Assembly: GCA_044892525.1 (NCBI GenBank)
Contig: CM097885.1
Location: forward strand, 235,478,001 to 235,542,000
Origin: Schmidtea polychroa
Lineage: Eukaryota
Direction of reading: 5' to 3'
Length of the DNA: 64,000 nt
The position numbers and the translations under genes are program-made. Shown piece after piece: positions 32,520 to 46,886 of the stretch. The notes beneath the pieces were generated by a model. The model was not told the origin of the DNA. It did not search any database and saw only the letters and a program-made list of their open reading frames with translations. How positions within the stretch are numbered: position 1 is the stretch's first letter; each line of letters starts with the position of its first letter.

Positions 32520-33565
32520 TGTTGGACTAGAACTGATTTCTAGACCCAAAACTCTAAATTGTGACTGAGGTGTGTTGGTACATAGCACGCAAATAGCAAT
32601 AAGTTTATTTAAATATAAAAATACATCAAATAAACAATATTTATTAAGAGGAAAACAGCAAAAATATAAACACATAAATTAAATAAAATGATACAAATGC
32701 GAGAAGTATTGCAAGAAAACTAACTCAAATATAACAAAGAAACACAAAATTACAAAAAACAGACTCGAATAGCTTAGAAAGATAGTAAAACATTAAAAAT
32801 TCTAGAAAAATTCCAGAACACTTCATAAGAATGGCGACATCCATCATAAAAGCCATATAGATCAATAAAAATTAACGAAAATAAAAAAATTAGTTATAAA
32901 AATAAAAATTTGAAAAAGGAAATTAAGAAAAACATCATTAAAATAAAAATTAATTTTAAATTAATATGGAATGTTCTGAAATCGTTCCAAATCCATCATG
33001 GAGGTAAATTTAGCAAAAAATAATTAGAAAATAAAAACAAAAATTATGGCATTAAAAATATCAAAAATAGAAAATTCTAGAATAAAAAGAATTCGGGTTT
33101 GTTTTAATGCATCAATACATACACGTGTACTTGCACACACAAAAATAGGTATATATACCAACGCATTTCAGTCACAAAACACTCTTTATGCCAGTAAATT
33201 TATTCTGAAAAACTATTCGACAGTAAGCTTTTGGTATTTTATATTATGTTGATGTTAATAACCTCATTATAATTTATGTCACGAATTATCTCTTTATTAT
33301 CTCTTTATTTTTGTATTGAACGTAGGAGTGTTCAGCGACGTATTGATGTATCTGCGTCTCTATTCAGTCCTGCGTTCAACTATACAACTATACTTTAAAA
33401 TCAGTAGCACGCAGCCATGCATTATATCTATTATAATTTTTTTTGTGTTCGGTCATCGGAGGTCGTCCACTTCATGGTTCTGCCATGGAGTTGTGTCGAT
33501 AAAACCCCTCCGTTATGGCTCCAACTATTCATTATAGGTCGACAACGGTATGTTTCGACTCAACA
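32520..33565 (+). repeat. ~1 kb LTR-like repeat, left copy of an inverted pair
   Basis: Starts TGTTGGACTAGAACTGATTTCTAGACCCAAAACTCTAAA and aligns in reverse with 35334-36410. Confidence 0.75.
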
Positions 33566-33999
33566 TAACAACAGGGACCTCATTAATAAATAAATTTTCG
33601 TATCAGCGTAAAGATCTTTCTCGGAATTAACCGTAATAATACTCATAAAGAAGTTCGACAAGTGTAAATAATGAAACGAATAGACTCAATTAATTATAAA
33701 CTCCTTAAATGTCAAATTATGTCCATACATCATGGTTAGAATACAGTCTGCAAATCCCCTAAGTCAATCATAAAATAGAGGTTCATATCGTAGAATATAA
33801 TTTTTCATTTGGGAGGAATAGTTCATAAATGCCTAATGTTATTAAATTATGAAATACAACCTTATATTACACAAGAAAAAAGTTGCTGACAATCTATTAT
33901 TTTTGTCAACACTTCAATTATTATTTATATGGAAAATAGTTCATTTTGAGAACGGACTATAAAGCTATCACGTTTAACAATAACAACGCAATTTCAGAC

Positions 34000-34580
34000 A
34001 TGGATTAACTAGAATAGGTACGAATCATTCATATTCAAATATGTTGACAAGGAGTACATGTAGAACATGCACACAATGTTTAATGGCATACGAAGACGCG
34101 AAAGTGGAAAGAATGAAAACCCGAAGAATAAACACGATGGAAAAATCTGAAGATTATAAGTGACAAAAAGATAATACAGAAATAGAACAAATAAAAAAAG
34201 AAATAGCACAGGGTTCAATTTGAAAATTTATACTGGTAGACAAAATGGTGAAAACTATAGAGGCTAAGATATGAATACCTAGACAACAGACAAGAAATGA
34301 TAAAGAATTCCTATCATATATAAACATAAATACATTCGGCGGCTGCGAACATAACAACAACACATGCCAAAGAACAAAAGTTGTGACAACAAAGGTGAAG
34401 GAAGAGACAATAAAACTGATAGCTAAGGAACCGTGGAAGAAAGTGTACAATGTACATTGATATGTGACCCATTACAGGAAACATTCAGAAAGAAAAGATA
34501 TATAATCGCAATTATTGATCAATTTAGCAGATATATCTCTCTGACTGGTGTCGCTAAATAGGACGAGGAAACGGTGAAGG
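34000..34580 (+). pseudogene. Degenerate Gypsy RNase H/integrase remnant
   Basis: IIDQFSRYISLTGVAK*DEETV near 34511-34577 resembles MVDRFSKLISLTAITKQDEGTI of the nearby Gypsy. Confidence 0.55.
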
Positions 34581-34599
34581 ATCTTTGATGTTGTAGTTT

Positions 34600-35130
34600 T
34601 TCCAAAATTGTCTAATCGAATATTCACCATCGGTTTCGTTCACAAGTTTTCGAAATGTTCTGCGTAGATAATATGCCTTGAATGTGACCATTGTACCCTG
34701 ATCCATTGGCTGGATCATAGATGTTGTATTTTTGGGAATATCTCCACATCTTCAGATAATTCAGATAAATTAATTGGATGTCCTGCAGCATTATTCAAAA
34801 TAAGCAAGGGTTTTTTGCTAAAGTTATTGTCTCGTAAATATTTTCTCATTTGTGGACAAAAATGATTTTTGAACTAATCTTCGAAGAGATATTTGGTCAT
34901 CCAAGCATTGTTGTAGGATCTCCAAATAACGGGCAAATTTTTCTAATCTAGCCCTTTAAACCACCTTGGATTTCGGAAAGACATATTAAAGCGGCTTAAG
35001 TTAAAAATCGTCCGCAGCATTTGCACCAAGAAGTAAAGTTAATCGTTCTTTAGACATCTTATAACCGGATACAGACTTTCGTTTTTGAAATGCACGTTCA
35101 TTCAAACATTCGCTTCGTACCGGTAGAATT
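34600..35130 (-). pseudogene. pogo/Tigger (Tc1-mariner) transposase remnant
   Basis: Minus-strand LLILNNAAGHP and IQPMDQG motifs. Confidence 0.7.
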
Positions 35131-35333
35131 TACTTCTAAGGAATTTGACCGCCTAAATTGAGTATAATTTGTAAAACTGTGGTTAAGTTAGGTCTAAGAT
35201 CTACTCCGATTATTGTCCTAATGTTGTTTGTATTATAGTGATTTTTAATGTTGATTTTAATTATGTTATGCATTGAAGTCGGGAAGAGTGTAAGCTTTCG
35301 CGGACCCACTGTGACCACTACGACTAACCTTAC

Positions 35334-36410
35334 TGTTGTGTGGTAAGTCAACCCTTTACGGCTGACCTATAATAAATAGTTAGAGACAGACGGAGGATTT
35401 TATCGACTTAACTCCATGGCAGGACCATGAAGTGGTGCGACCTCCGAATGACCCGAACACAAAAAAAATATAATAAAGATAATGCGTGTCTGCATGTGGT
35501 CGTGGTAGATTTTATAAATGGTTGAATGTAGGACCGAACAGAGACGCAGGTGCATCAATACGCCGCTGATCACTCGTACATTCCAAAAAAAAATAAAAAG
35601 AGTTAGGTTGAAACACAAATAATAATATTATTAAACATCAATAAATAAAATATCAAAGCTTACTATTGAAAAAAATTGCAAATTTTCTCAAGGAAATAAT
35701 TTGGCATAAAGAGTGTTTTTGTGACTAAAATGCGTCGGTATATATACCTATTTTTGTGTGTGCAAGTACACGTGTATGTATTGATGCATTAAAACAAACT
35801 CGAATTCTTTTTATTCTAGAATTTTCTATTTTTTAAGTTTGATATTTTTAATGGCAATTTTAGTGCCATAATTTTCTTTTTCGTTTTTAAATTTTTATTT
35901 TCTAATTATTTCTTGTTAAATTTACCTCCATAATGGATTTGGAACGGTTCCAGAACATTCCATGTTAATTTTAATTTAATTTTTATTTTAATGGTGTTTT
36001 TCCTAATTTCTTTTTAAGAATTTTTATTTTTATGACTAATTTATTTATTTTTGATAACTTTTATTGTTCCATATGGCTTTTGTGATGGTTATCACCATTT
36101 TTATGAAATGTTCTGGGATTTTCTAGAATTTTTTACTGTTTTTACTATCTTCTAAGTTATTCGAGTCTGTCTTTTGTAACTCTATGTTTCTTTGCTATTT
36201 TTGAGTTAGATTCTTGCACAACTTCTTGCATTTGTATTATTTTATTTAATTTCTGGGTTTATATTTTTGTTGTTTTCCCTCTTAATTAATATTGTTTACT
36301 TGATGTATTTTTTATATTTAACTGTACTTTTTGCTTTTTGCGTGCTATGACCCTACGCATTCTAGCCAAATTTTAGAGTTTTGGGTCTAGAAATCAGTTC
36401 TAGCCCAACA
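35334..36410 (-). repeat. ~1 kb LTR-like repeat, right (inverted) copy
   Basis: Ends TTTAGAGTTTTGGGTCTAGAAATCAGTTCTAGCCCAACA. Moderately diverged from the left copy. Confidence 0.75.
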
Positions 36411-37974
36411 ATAGGTTTTTGTTCCGAAATAAATAACCGTTAACATATTATTAACATATTGTTAAAATATAATTATTTTTAAATTATTAAAAAACGCAAG
36501 AAAGAAAGCAAGATCTTTTGATTTACAGAAAGAAATTATCAAATCGTAAATTTAATAAGAGGCTCTTTCTTTACAATAACAGAGTATATCTCATTGTATT
36601 CCCAGTGTTCCAAATTTGGAAGATCTCGAAAAACTCATATAAAACCAATAAGAATGCAAAAAAATGAAAAATAAATATTATGTATCATATAACATTATGA
36701 TTGATCGAAATTATTATCAATTTTGAGAGAAAAAAAATCGGGCAAAAATGGGTTAAAGAAATTTGGATTTGTTTAAATTACAGAATCGAAATAACCGAAT
36801 TTTCTAAGTCATTCATTCTATTTGACTTATTTTGATGAAAGTGTATCTGAATAATTGTTTATTCATTGAGTATGACTTCTTCTCTCCATTTATTTTTATT
36901 TGCATATCTTAACATTTTAAAATTTAATTTTTCAAATCTTCTTTTAGTCAGAATATAAAAAAAATATTATTGAAATTTTTACAGGTAAAATTAGTCTCAA
37001 ATTTTAAATTTGTTATTTTTAAACCATATTTATTAAATTTTAGATAAAAGTGATCTCAATAAATAATGGCACCAATGATGTTTTAAATTAATTATTTCCA
37101 AAGCAATTTTCTGTAAATATTAATTAATCCAAATGCGACACATTTTGATTGGAGGAAAATGAGAGAATTTATTTTATATATTTTCAACGTATTTTTAACT
37201 TTTATTTATATTATGATTAAATATGACATCTATTTCTGTAATTTTAACAATATTGTCAACGTCTTTTTTCTTTTGTCAAACTCAACAAATCAATATCGGT
37301 AAAATGTTATTTATGTTTTATGTTTTTATTTTTTATTATTTAATCATTTATGGTACTAAAATTTTGAAAATAAAATGTCACGTTTAAAATATTTTTTAAA
37401 AAATTGATATTAATAAAAAGCATTTGAATATATTTTCTAAAGGTTTAATTTTTTGGAAATAATGTTCAAATTTCATTCTATTTTATCAAAATAGAATTAT
37501 TATTTTAAAAAATATTTTATTATTATTTAAAAAACTGGATAAAAATATTTTAATTTAATTAATCTAATTTTTATTTTTAGGGGTTGACTAAAAAATCAAG
37601 ATTATATTTTATATATTTTTCTCCACTTGTCTCATAACATTTATTGACGGATGGGACTTTGTTAATTAGAGGCTCTTTCTTTACAATAACTTTACAATAA
37701 ATTTAAAAAATTTAAAATGCTTATATTTTTCATTTGACTTTAGGCCAATTAATTTCATAGGCTTGAAGTTTTTATTATTATTAATAACATATGAAATATA
37801 AAATTATTTTTAAATTGAAATTACAATTTTACAAAGGTTTTTATTTAAAATATAACAATCTATACTCAGACAGTTTGGATTATTTTTAATATCACTAAAT
37901 TAAAACAACTTTTAAAACAAAACAAAACAATTTTGTAAATTATAAATTAATAAAAATAATAATCAAAATTTTGA

Positions 37975-38994
37975 TTATTTTAAAATGATTTTTTCAGGCT
38001 TTGGATTGTTTGTAAAAAATTTGTTTTCTAATAATTGTTGAGTTGTAGCGCGTTGATCCGAATTGAGAACGATCATAGTTTCAATTAAATCTACACAATC
38101 TTTAACATTTATTATTTCTTCTAAAGTCTTTTTTAACATACTGCAATCCTGATAATATTTAAATCTCGAACTATGGTAATATGTATATCTTTCTGGCCAA
38201 TTTCTTGGATCAGGATTTCCACACAAGTTGAATATTAAATACAGTTGATCAGTATTACTTTTACCGTCAAGCAGAGGTCGCCTTGCAAATATTTCATAAA
38301 ATATAAATCCTAAACTCCAAATGTCTACAGAATTTGTATAGTTTGTTTCACCAAATAATAGTTCAGGAGCTTTGTATATCAATGTCCCAACTTGCTTTAA
38401 TAGAGGTTTATTTTGATATTTTCCCACTAAATCTACCATTCCGAAATCTGCAAGTTTAATTACTCCGTGTTTGTTTACCAAAATATTCTCTGATTTAATA
38501 TCTTGATGCATGTAACCTTTCTTGTGTAAATGATGAAGACCCTCCAAAGTTTGTTCCATAATGGATTTAATATTTGCAACAGTAAGTCGAGCATTTAGGA
38601 TATTTAATAAATGGAATAAATCATATTCACAGTAATCAAAAATTAAAAAATAATTAAATTCAAAATGATCTTTTACAAAATCTTGCTTAATACATATTTC
38701 TCTTAAATTAATAATGTTTTCATGTTTGATCGAATTTAATGCTTTAACTTCATTAAAAGAGGATTTCGGGAAATTCTGTAAATTATTTTTAGATTTTAAT
38801 TCTTTAATCGCATATACTTTTCGGGTGAACTTGTCGTATGCCTTATAAACAACCCCATATGATCCTTCACCTAATATTGAAACATTTTCATATTTTTCTA
38901 TATTTTGAAATCCTTTAGGAGGGCATTTTTGGAATGCTTTTTTCAATAAACATTTAGATTTTTTAATCACATCATCAAATTGATTCGAATACAT
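37975..38994 (-). CDS. Divergent intronless CDK-like kinase, paralogue 3 (non-RD: HQD)
   Basis: 339 aa, colinear with copies 1/2, roughly 70% identical by eye. Motifs GEGSYGVV, FPKSSFNEV, HQDIKSEN, DFG, GTLIYKAPE. Confidence 0.9.
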   Translation of the reverse strand: MYSNQFDDVIKKSKCLLKKAFQKCPPKGFQNIEKYENVSILGEGSYGVVYKAYDKFTRKVYAIKELKSKNNLQNFPKSSFNEVKALNSIKHENIINLREICIKQDFVKDHFEFNYFLIFDYCEYDLFHLLNILNARLTVANIKSIMEQTLEGLHHLHKKGYMHQDIKSENILVNKHGVIKLADFGMVDLVGKYQNKPLLKQVGTLIYKAPELLFGETNYTNSVDIWSLGFIFYEIFARRPLLDGKSNTDQLYLIFNLCGNPDPRNWPERYTYYHSSRFKYYQDCSMLKKTLEEIINVKDCVDLIETMIVLNSDQRATTQQLLENKFFTNNPKPEKIILK

Positions 38995-39721
38995 AATACG
39001 TGCTTATTCTTTGCAATTTGTTTTTATAAAATTTCAAAATGAACAATTTTAAATAATATTCTTATTTTAAAAACAATTGATTTGTTAAAATTATTTTATT
39101 TAATTTAAAATATTTAAATTAAATTTTTAAACGTAATAAATATCAAATTAAAATAAATTTGAAGTATAATAAAAATTTTATTTTTAATGAAATGATTCTG
39201 TCGAAATGTCGTTTTATTTATTATTAATTTTTTTCTAATTAGAATTTAATTATTTTTTCTATTTCTGCAACACTGATTTTTTATGACAAACTTTCCAAAT
39301 AATAAAAAAAGTTTAAATTTTTTTAGTTAAATGTACAATATAATGGAGAATTTCAGCTCAATTTTATCTGAGGATGTTTTAAAGTGATATAGGTGTTATT
39401 TTGAGAAAAAAATAAGTTGAAACTGTTGGAAATTTCCTGTTATGTCTAACTTTAAATGGGTATGAGTTATTATAAAAATAATAAAAAATTTATTAAATAA
39501 AATAATTAATAAATTTCTATAACACGGTAATTAATTATTCTCAAATTTTATTTATTTAAATATTTATTTATTTAAATGTTCAAACATAAAATCTCCACAC
39601 CACCTTTCATCGCAAGAAGAGATCTGAAATAATATTGTGAGTATAAATAGAAAGAACTTTAAGATACAAAAGAACGAGAAGAAAGAAGGGAAATTTAATA
39701 ATATTATTGGATGCATGAAAT

Positions 39722-40705
<984 letters not shown>

Positions 40706-40859
40706 AAACATTTTTTTCTTTAATTAAAAATCTACAGGCAATTTTTTCACAATAAAAATAAATTTATAAACAACAGATAAAAAGCCTTTGATGTATTGCC
40801 CGACATGTTTTTTTATGTCAACGTGAAGTACTATAATGAGAGGGTACCAACAATCAGAT

Positions 40860-41075
40860 ACAACCAGTTACTAACCACTGAGTACTTACAATCAAGTACT
40901 TACAAACAAATAACAGCAACTGTAAATGATTGGGTATTGCAACAGAGACAGTCTGGTTGTATTGTAACCAGAGATGCCATACATCTTTGTAACTTAAAAA
41001 GACGGATAAGTACAAAACTTTCCGGGTATGACAAAATTTTTAGTTTCAGTCGGATGGTGCAGTAGGTTCATGGAA
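40860..41075 (+). pseudogene. Possible pogo-type CENP-B/HTH transposase remnant
   Basis: VNDWVLQQRQSGCIVTRDAI resembles the Tc5/CENP-B HTH region. Confidence 0.35.
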
Positions 41076-41415
41076 ATACTTGGTCAACGTTTTACATTCG
41101 TGTTAAATAATATAGAAATAGTAATCTAATTAAATTCTATCATTTCACATCTGCACCAGTTTTATTTGTGTATAAAATTATTTTATTTTTTTCAAAATAA
41201 TTCATCCAACTCTTTTAAAAAAAATTTATCTGATCAAAAGTTTATATTCTAATATTTATGATTATATATTTATATTTATATTAAGGTATCTTAGCACCTA
41301 TGGATTCTGAATACGCAGATACCATTAAGCAGTTAGAAGTCAATTATACATCATTTCACTTCTATTTTATGACATCAAACAGTATATTTAATCGTTAGTT
41401 TTAATTGATTTTATA

Positions 41416-41564
<149 letters not shown>

Positions 41565-41829
41565 AATTAATTGTGGGAGTAATTATAAAAATGATTAATA
41601 CATTTACATTTTATTTATTTGCTATAAATTACATTTAATTGAATCAATTTTCCAGAATGCATACGTTACAATTATTCTATTATAATTGACATGCAATCAT
41701 CTAATGAAGCATCGAGACAATACTGGAAAATTACAATTCCATACATTCTAGTCCATTCAATATACAGAAATTACCAAGTGTACAGTAAGAATTAATAATA
41801 AATGACTTATAAAATCCAAAATTGCTAAA

Positions 41830-43325
41830 ATTTCACAAATCTGATTATTAAAACAAATGCTCATTTAATTTAATTTATTACAACGTCCCTTGATCACCAA
41901 TAAAATCTTGTAGATAGCCCCGTAGTTGATGCGCCCTGATGGACCTCGAATTTATTATATTGACATCCTCTAAAGAACCTTTATCAATTCTTATGTTAGA
42001 ATGATTTGACAACTCATTGCTTTCATTTTCCTTTACATCTGATTGCGTCATATACCATTGGGTTGATTCCTTCTTACTCAACTTTTGTTCCTCATTGATT
42101 TCTTCGCTTGACCAAAGATCCACAGTGTATCTTGGAACACCATCAACGCCTGCCTTTGTGACCACTCCTATGTCCCATTTAGACTTTTCAACCACCCGCT
42201 TGACAAATACCTGCTATAAACCAATAATCCACACGTGTTTCTTCAGAATGATAGTTTAAAAAAGGCCATGAACACAAATGTACTCTTTCCATTTACTCTA
42301 ACCATTTCTGAGTGGTGTAACATTGTAACAAAACACCATTTCTAATGGTCTTTTGTTGGATCTTTAGCTTTATTCCAAATTTATCATATATCGTTTTTAA
42401 TTTTGCACATCAAAACACTTTACCGTTATCACATAAAATTTTATCCTCTTTCCTTTATAATCTCAGCACACTCAGTGGACTGTCGGCCTACCTCTCTCCA
42501 AATAGCAAACCAATTCTTTTAATTGGTTGTGTCTACTGCAATTCTCTTCCTATTATCCTGAACTTCCATTATACCTGTTTCCCATACTACAAGTGCAGAG
42601 TCGATTGCTCTACATTGTAAGAATTCTTTGACTACTTTTATGATTGCGGATTTTGGTGCTTCCAGATTTTCACTGTATAAAGTAAACCAATTTATCTATG
42701 CTGTACGGATTTCATTTACTGACAATCCCATACATTCCATTTCTGTATGAACTAATTCTCGACCTTTAAGAACCTACTCTAATTCAGCAAGTTTTATATG
42801 ATTAAAATCTCTTTTCTTTCGAAGCCATGCATCATCTTGCACAACATTATTATGTAATTCTACTACTACACCTAGAGCTACACTTCTAGCGTCGCACCAA
42901 ATTCCCCCATAATTTATCTTGTACACACGCTACATACCTTGCACAGGATCCGTCTGCTTCACCCGAATTTTTATCTCTTGAAAAAAACGATATCGCTTTA
43001 TTTCCATCAGGATCTTTCCACCTTTCTCCTGTACAAATTCTTTTCACATAACTGCATGCCACCCTAAAAAATGCCCAACCAGCTTGCTACATATTAATAA
43101 AATGTCACCTTTGCTCATCTCATATCCTCTTTCTGGCCATTTCACTTTTTTACCTCTAGACCATATTAATTAACCGCTTTTCAGCCGTTGTACCCTTAAA
43201 CCCAGAGCCCTTGTAACACTGATTGCTTCCGGAGATTTGGTTTCTAATCCAAAACTCCTTGCCAGCTTGTCCATTTCACAAATCTGATTATTAAAACAAA
43301 TTTTCATTTATTTTAATTTATCACA
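41830..43325 (-). mobile_element. Decayed LTR-retrotransposon remnant bounded by ~50-bp direct repeats
   Basis: TTTCACAAATCTGATTATTAAAACAAAT..TTTAATTTAT(T/C)ACA at ~41831-41882 and ~43274-43325. Weak integrase-like minus-strand fragments lie between. Confidence 0.45.
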
Positions 43326-43895
43326 AAGTTTAAAGCTATTTTGTATTATTTTTAATACCAAATTTTTCATAGAAATTTCTCTGTTAAATTTCACATGGAC
43401 TCAAATAGTATTTTTACCGTAATAGGTGAATATTGTTTTATAATTTACAACATAAATTTTATAATTTTTATACTTAGAGGTCATAGAAATGATCTAAATC
43501 TTCATGTTAGCCATAGTTTTTTTTGTTAAAATTGAGCTAAACAAATATTACAATAAATGTACAAACTGGAACATTAAATTAAACCTTTGCTTGCTTAATT
43601 ATTGAACACTAGGAGCAGGATCGAGAGTTAATTCCTATCGACAAATTATTAGCCCCTAACAGTCGTAAGTATATAAAACATACAAAGATTGCGTCCGATC
43701 CCAACAACTTTATATATTCACCTGCAACGTTTATAAAGTTTCTTTTAAATGTCAATTTTATTTCATAAGGTCAGGCAACGGATTTTAATTCTTAAGAACT
43801 TTGGAACGTATTTTCAAAATACATTTTAACTTCATTTATCTTCATTTCCTTTCAGATTATAAAACTAAATGTTGACTTAAGGTCTTTCAAAGAAA

Positions 43896-44154
43896 TCTCT
43901 CTATATATAAAAAAGCTAAGGGTCCCCTCCATCCGAATTCTACTTTTTTATTTTTTATTTTTTTATTCTTTTGTACTTATCGTTCTATATTACTTTGAAA
44001 CGGTTTATGCTATTATATTTTATCATAGTTATGAAAACATATTAATAAACTGAATCTTACTCCTGTCCAAGAATACCCTGGATATTTACTTTATCATTAA
44101 CCCCACGTTCTAACGGGGTTGGTGAAGCGAAGCGAACAGGGGCAGAGCCCCTAG
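43896..44154 (+). mobile_element. Non-autonomous Helitron-like element
   Basis: 5' A|TCTCTCTATATATAAAAAAG and 3' GGGG-CAGA-GCCCCTAG|T. Hairpin AACCCC...GGGGTT near the 3' end; inserted between A and T without a TSD. Confidence 0.6.
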
Positions 44155-44534
44155 TTTATATAAAGAGAATTAAAAATAAAAATAGGTCAGTAGTGAAAAA
44201 TGTAAAATATTTTACTGAAAATATGTCCTAATATAATATCTATGAATATTCAAATTTAAATATTTTATTGCACATTTAGATCATGTCATTGACTTGGGCA
44301 TTGAACCGGACATCATGGCTAAAACAATATGTTCAATTATTTATATGCTTCCGCAATTCAGAATAATAATAATATACGATATGCAGCACAGTTAAGTTTT
44401 ATTAAATGATATTTATTTTTATTTATTGTTTTACTGAATTATTCTTAAATTATATTACTATTACTTTGTAAGGATTCTATAACAAATTTCAGATTTTAAA
44501 AATAAATATATATTTTAATAATTTAACCGTTCAT

Positions 44535-45118
44535 TTCATTGTGCATGAAATTCGCTACATACCTAAAAAAACTAAATAAAGCTTCATTAAAATTCACGGG
44601 AACTATAATTTCAGGCTGTTGCATTTTTACTACACTCTGTTGTTTAATTTTCATCCAAAAATCTGTCATATCTCTTCTAGCTAAATCCATCCCATGAATT
44701 GCATGAAACTTCCAATAACTCTCCTATATTGATATAGTATATGGTACACCGTATCCAAAATTTAAAACAATGTAGGTAGTTCTCACTGAAGCATAAAGTG
44801 AGAGTAAAACGTGTCATCACATAGCAGGACAATTGAATGCTTCAAACATAATCTGAGTCATTGTGAGTCATTGGATTCAGTGGTGCTTCGATAAGAAGAA
44901 CTGGATGCTCTCCTGACACAATTCTCAATTCATTGTAAAATATAAGATGCAAGATCTTTTTCATATTATCCCAGTTAGTAACAATACCATGTTCAATGGG
45001 ATATTTTAAGGGCAAAATATCTCTTTTGGATTGAGTTTCATCCTTTATGTGCCTATCTTTCTGACTTATTCCAACCATAACGCCTCAATGACGGGTTTTC
45101 CCGACAATAGACGGGGAT
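44535..45118 (-). pseudogene. Actin pseudogene fragment
   Basis: [46 protein letters not shown] and MDLARRDMTDF, with stops and frameshifts. Confidence 0.9.
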
Positions 45119-45329
45119 CAAGTAAAAAAGCCATTTACAGTCAATACAAAATGATTAAAACTCTTAAAAACATTTACTTTTCAAGATATTCTGTATATTA
45201 AATTGTAGTATAGTTAAGCATGTGAATGTTTGGCCTAAAGTTTGATATGTAAACTCCAATTTCCTCATCAATGAACTTAATATTTGATCTATTTTTATAT
45301 TTAATATTAATAAACACAGAAAATCCTTA

Positions 45330-45800
45330 CTCACAGAGTTATGGCACAGAAAAGTATTTGATATTATTCATTGATGGAAATCCAAAATTGGTCAATGGAA
45401 ACCTCTCTAGGCTTGATTTGTAAGTCATGATCAGTAGATCTAGTGCCTTTTTCTTCAACGAAAAACCGACATAATCAGCTGAAATGTCAATGAAAGGGAT
45501 GCGAATGCAATTATATTGTTCGGTAGTTATTGAGGGAAAGTAATAAAACAGAAAATTTTGCAGAGTTGTTAAATGTTCCCTTATTAGAGTGATTAAATCA
45601 TAAAGAATCAGTTGGTCTTCTGCGCTAATTAAAGGAAATATCTCCAAACAGCCTGAACTAACTTTCTATACCAAATTACTATTTTTCCCTGTAAAGCTTT
45701 GGTCTTGTCTGTAGATGAAAGAACATTCCCGTTTTCATTTTGCATAGACTATTCAAGTGCTCAAACATTACAGTTAGATATTCCAATTTTGAAGCCCTTA
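45330..45800 (-). pseudogene. hAT (Buster/Charlie, ZBED5/SCAND3-like) transposase remnant
   Basis: SMQNENGNVLSSTDKTKALQGKIVIW and IREHLTTLQNFLFYYFP..CIRIPF fragments. Confidence 0.65.
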
Positions 45801-46271
45801 ATTCACATATAAAAATTTCAAGAAAACTACTTTTATTTACTGCTAATATACCAATTTTGTGGTGACGAACATAATTATATAATTAAGGAAAAATTGTGCG
45901 GCGTATGACTGTATTAAAAATTCCATAAATACTATTTTCTTTCAATTAAACACAATTAATATCAATTAATAAATAAATATTATTTAACCACATATTGAAC
46001 GCATATTTAGAATTTTACTATATATCACGTATAAATAAAAAATATAAAAAAATAAAACAATTTAAAAAAAACAAAAAAAAATAAAATTGTTCAATGAATA
46101 GTAAAAGATTTTTTTTATTAAACTTGAATTTTTTTGTTTTTTTTATATATTGAATTTCCAATGTAAAATTTTGGTAAATCGATTTAATTATTGAGAATAT
46201 CTTGTAAATTTTAGGAAAGATATAAAGAAATAAATACTTAAATAAACACGGTAAAGATTTTATTAATAAAA

Positions 46272-46400
46272 ATCGCCATTCGTACATCTTTTTCACTATA
46301 TAATTCGATAGCATCACTATCATCATCATGAATGTAGGTAACCTGATGATGATAGTGGTGCTATCGAAATATATAGTAAAAAAGATATACGAATGGCGAT
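46272..46400. repeat. Long hairpin/foldback (57-bp arms, 15-nt loop)
   Basis: ATCGCCATTCGTA...CATCATCA mirrored by TGATGATG...TACGAATGGCGAT, with 4 mismatches. Confidence 0.9.
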
Positions 46401-46886
46401 AAAGAAATAAGATTAAAATTAAACAATTATAATAGACAAATTTTATTATTGTACATTTTGTTTCAATTTAATCTTGTTCTACTCAGACTTAATTGCAATC
46501 ATCCTTGTTACTAAATTCTATTTAATTCTGTTTATTAATTATTTTAATTTTTAATCATTTTAGTCTACGACATTTACTCAACTCATAATTAATGACTTAC
46601 TTCAATCATTTGATTTAATTATATTAGATTTCAAAGAAAAAACCTTGAAAGGTTTTTTATGTATTCTGTATAAAATATAAATTTCTAAATGAATAATAAT
46701 CCTGAAATTTTATTTAAAATCTTCTTTGGATTTTTAAATATTTTGTAATTATTTTTTGTTTAAAAAACATTAAAATAAATTAAATTCATACAAATAGGCA
46801 GTCATTACCGATAACTAACGAAATAAAAATTTAATTTTATAAAAATTACCAAAATTATTATTCCCCTTTTACCGTTGTCATTTTAT

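Noticed and set aside
44290..44320. tRNA/SINE B-box-like GGTTCAA on the minus strand
   Set aside because: No cloverleaf or A box could be built.
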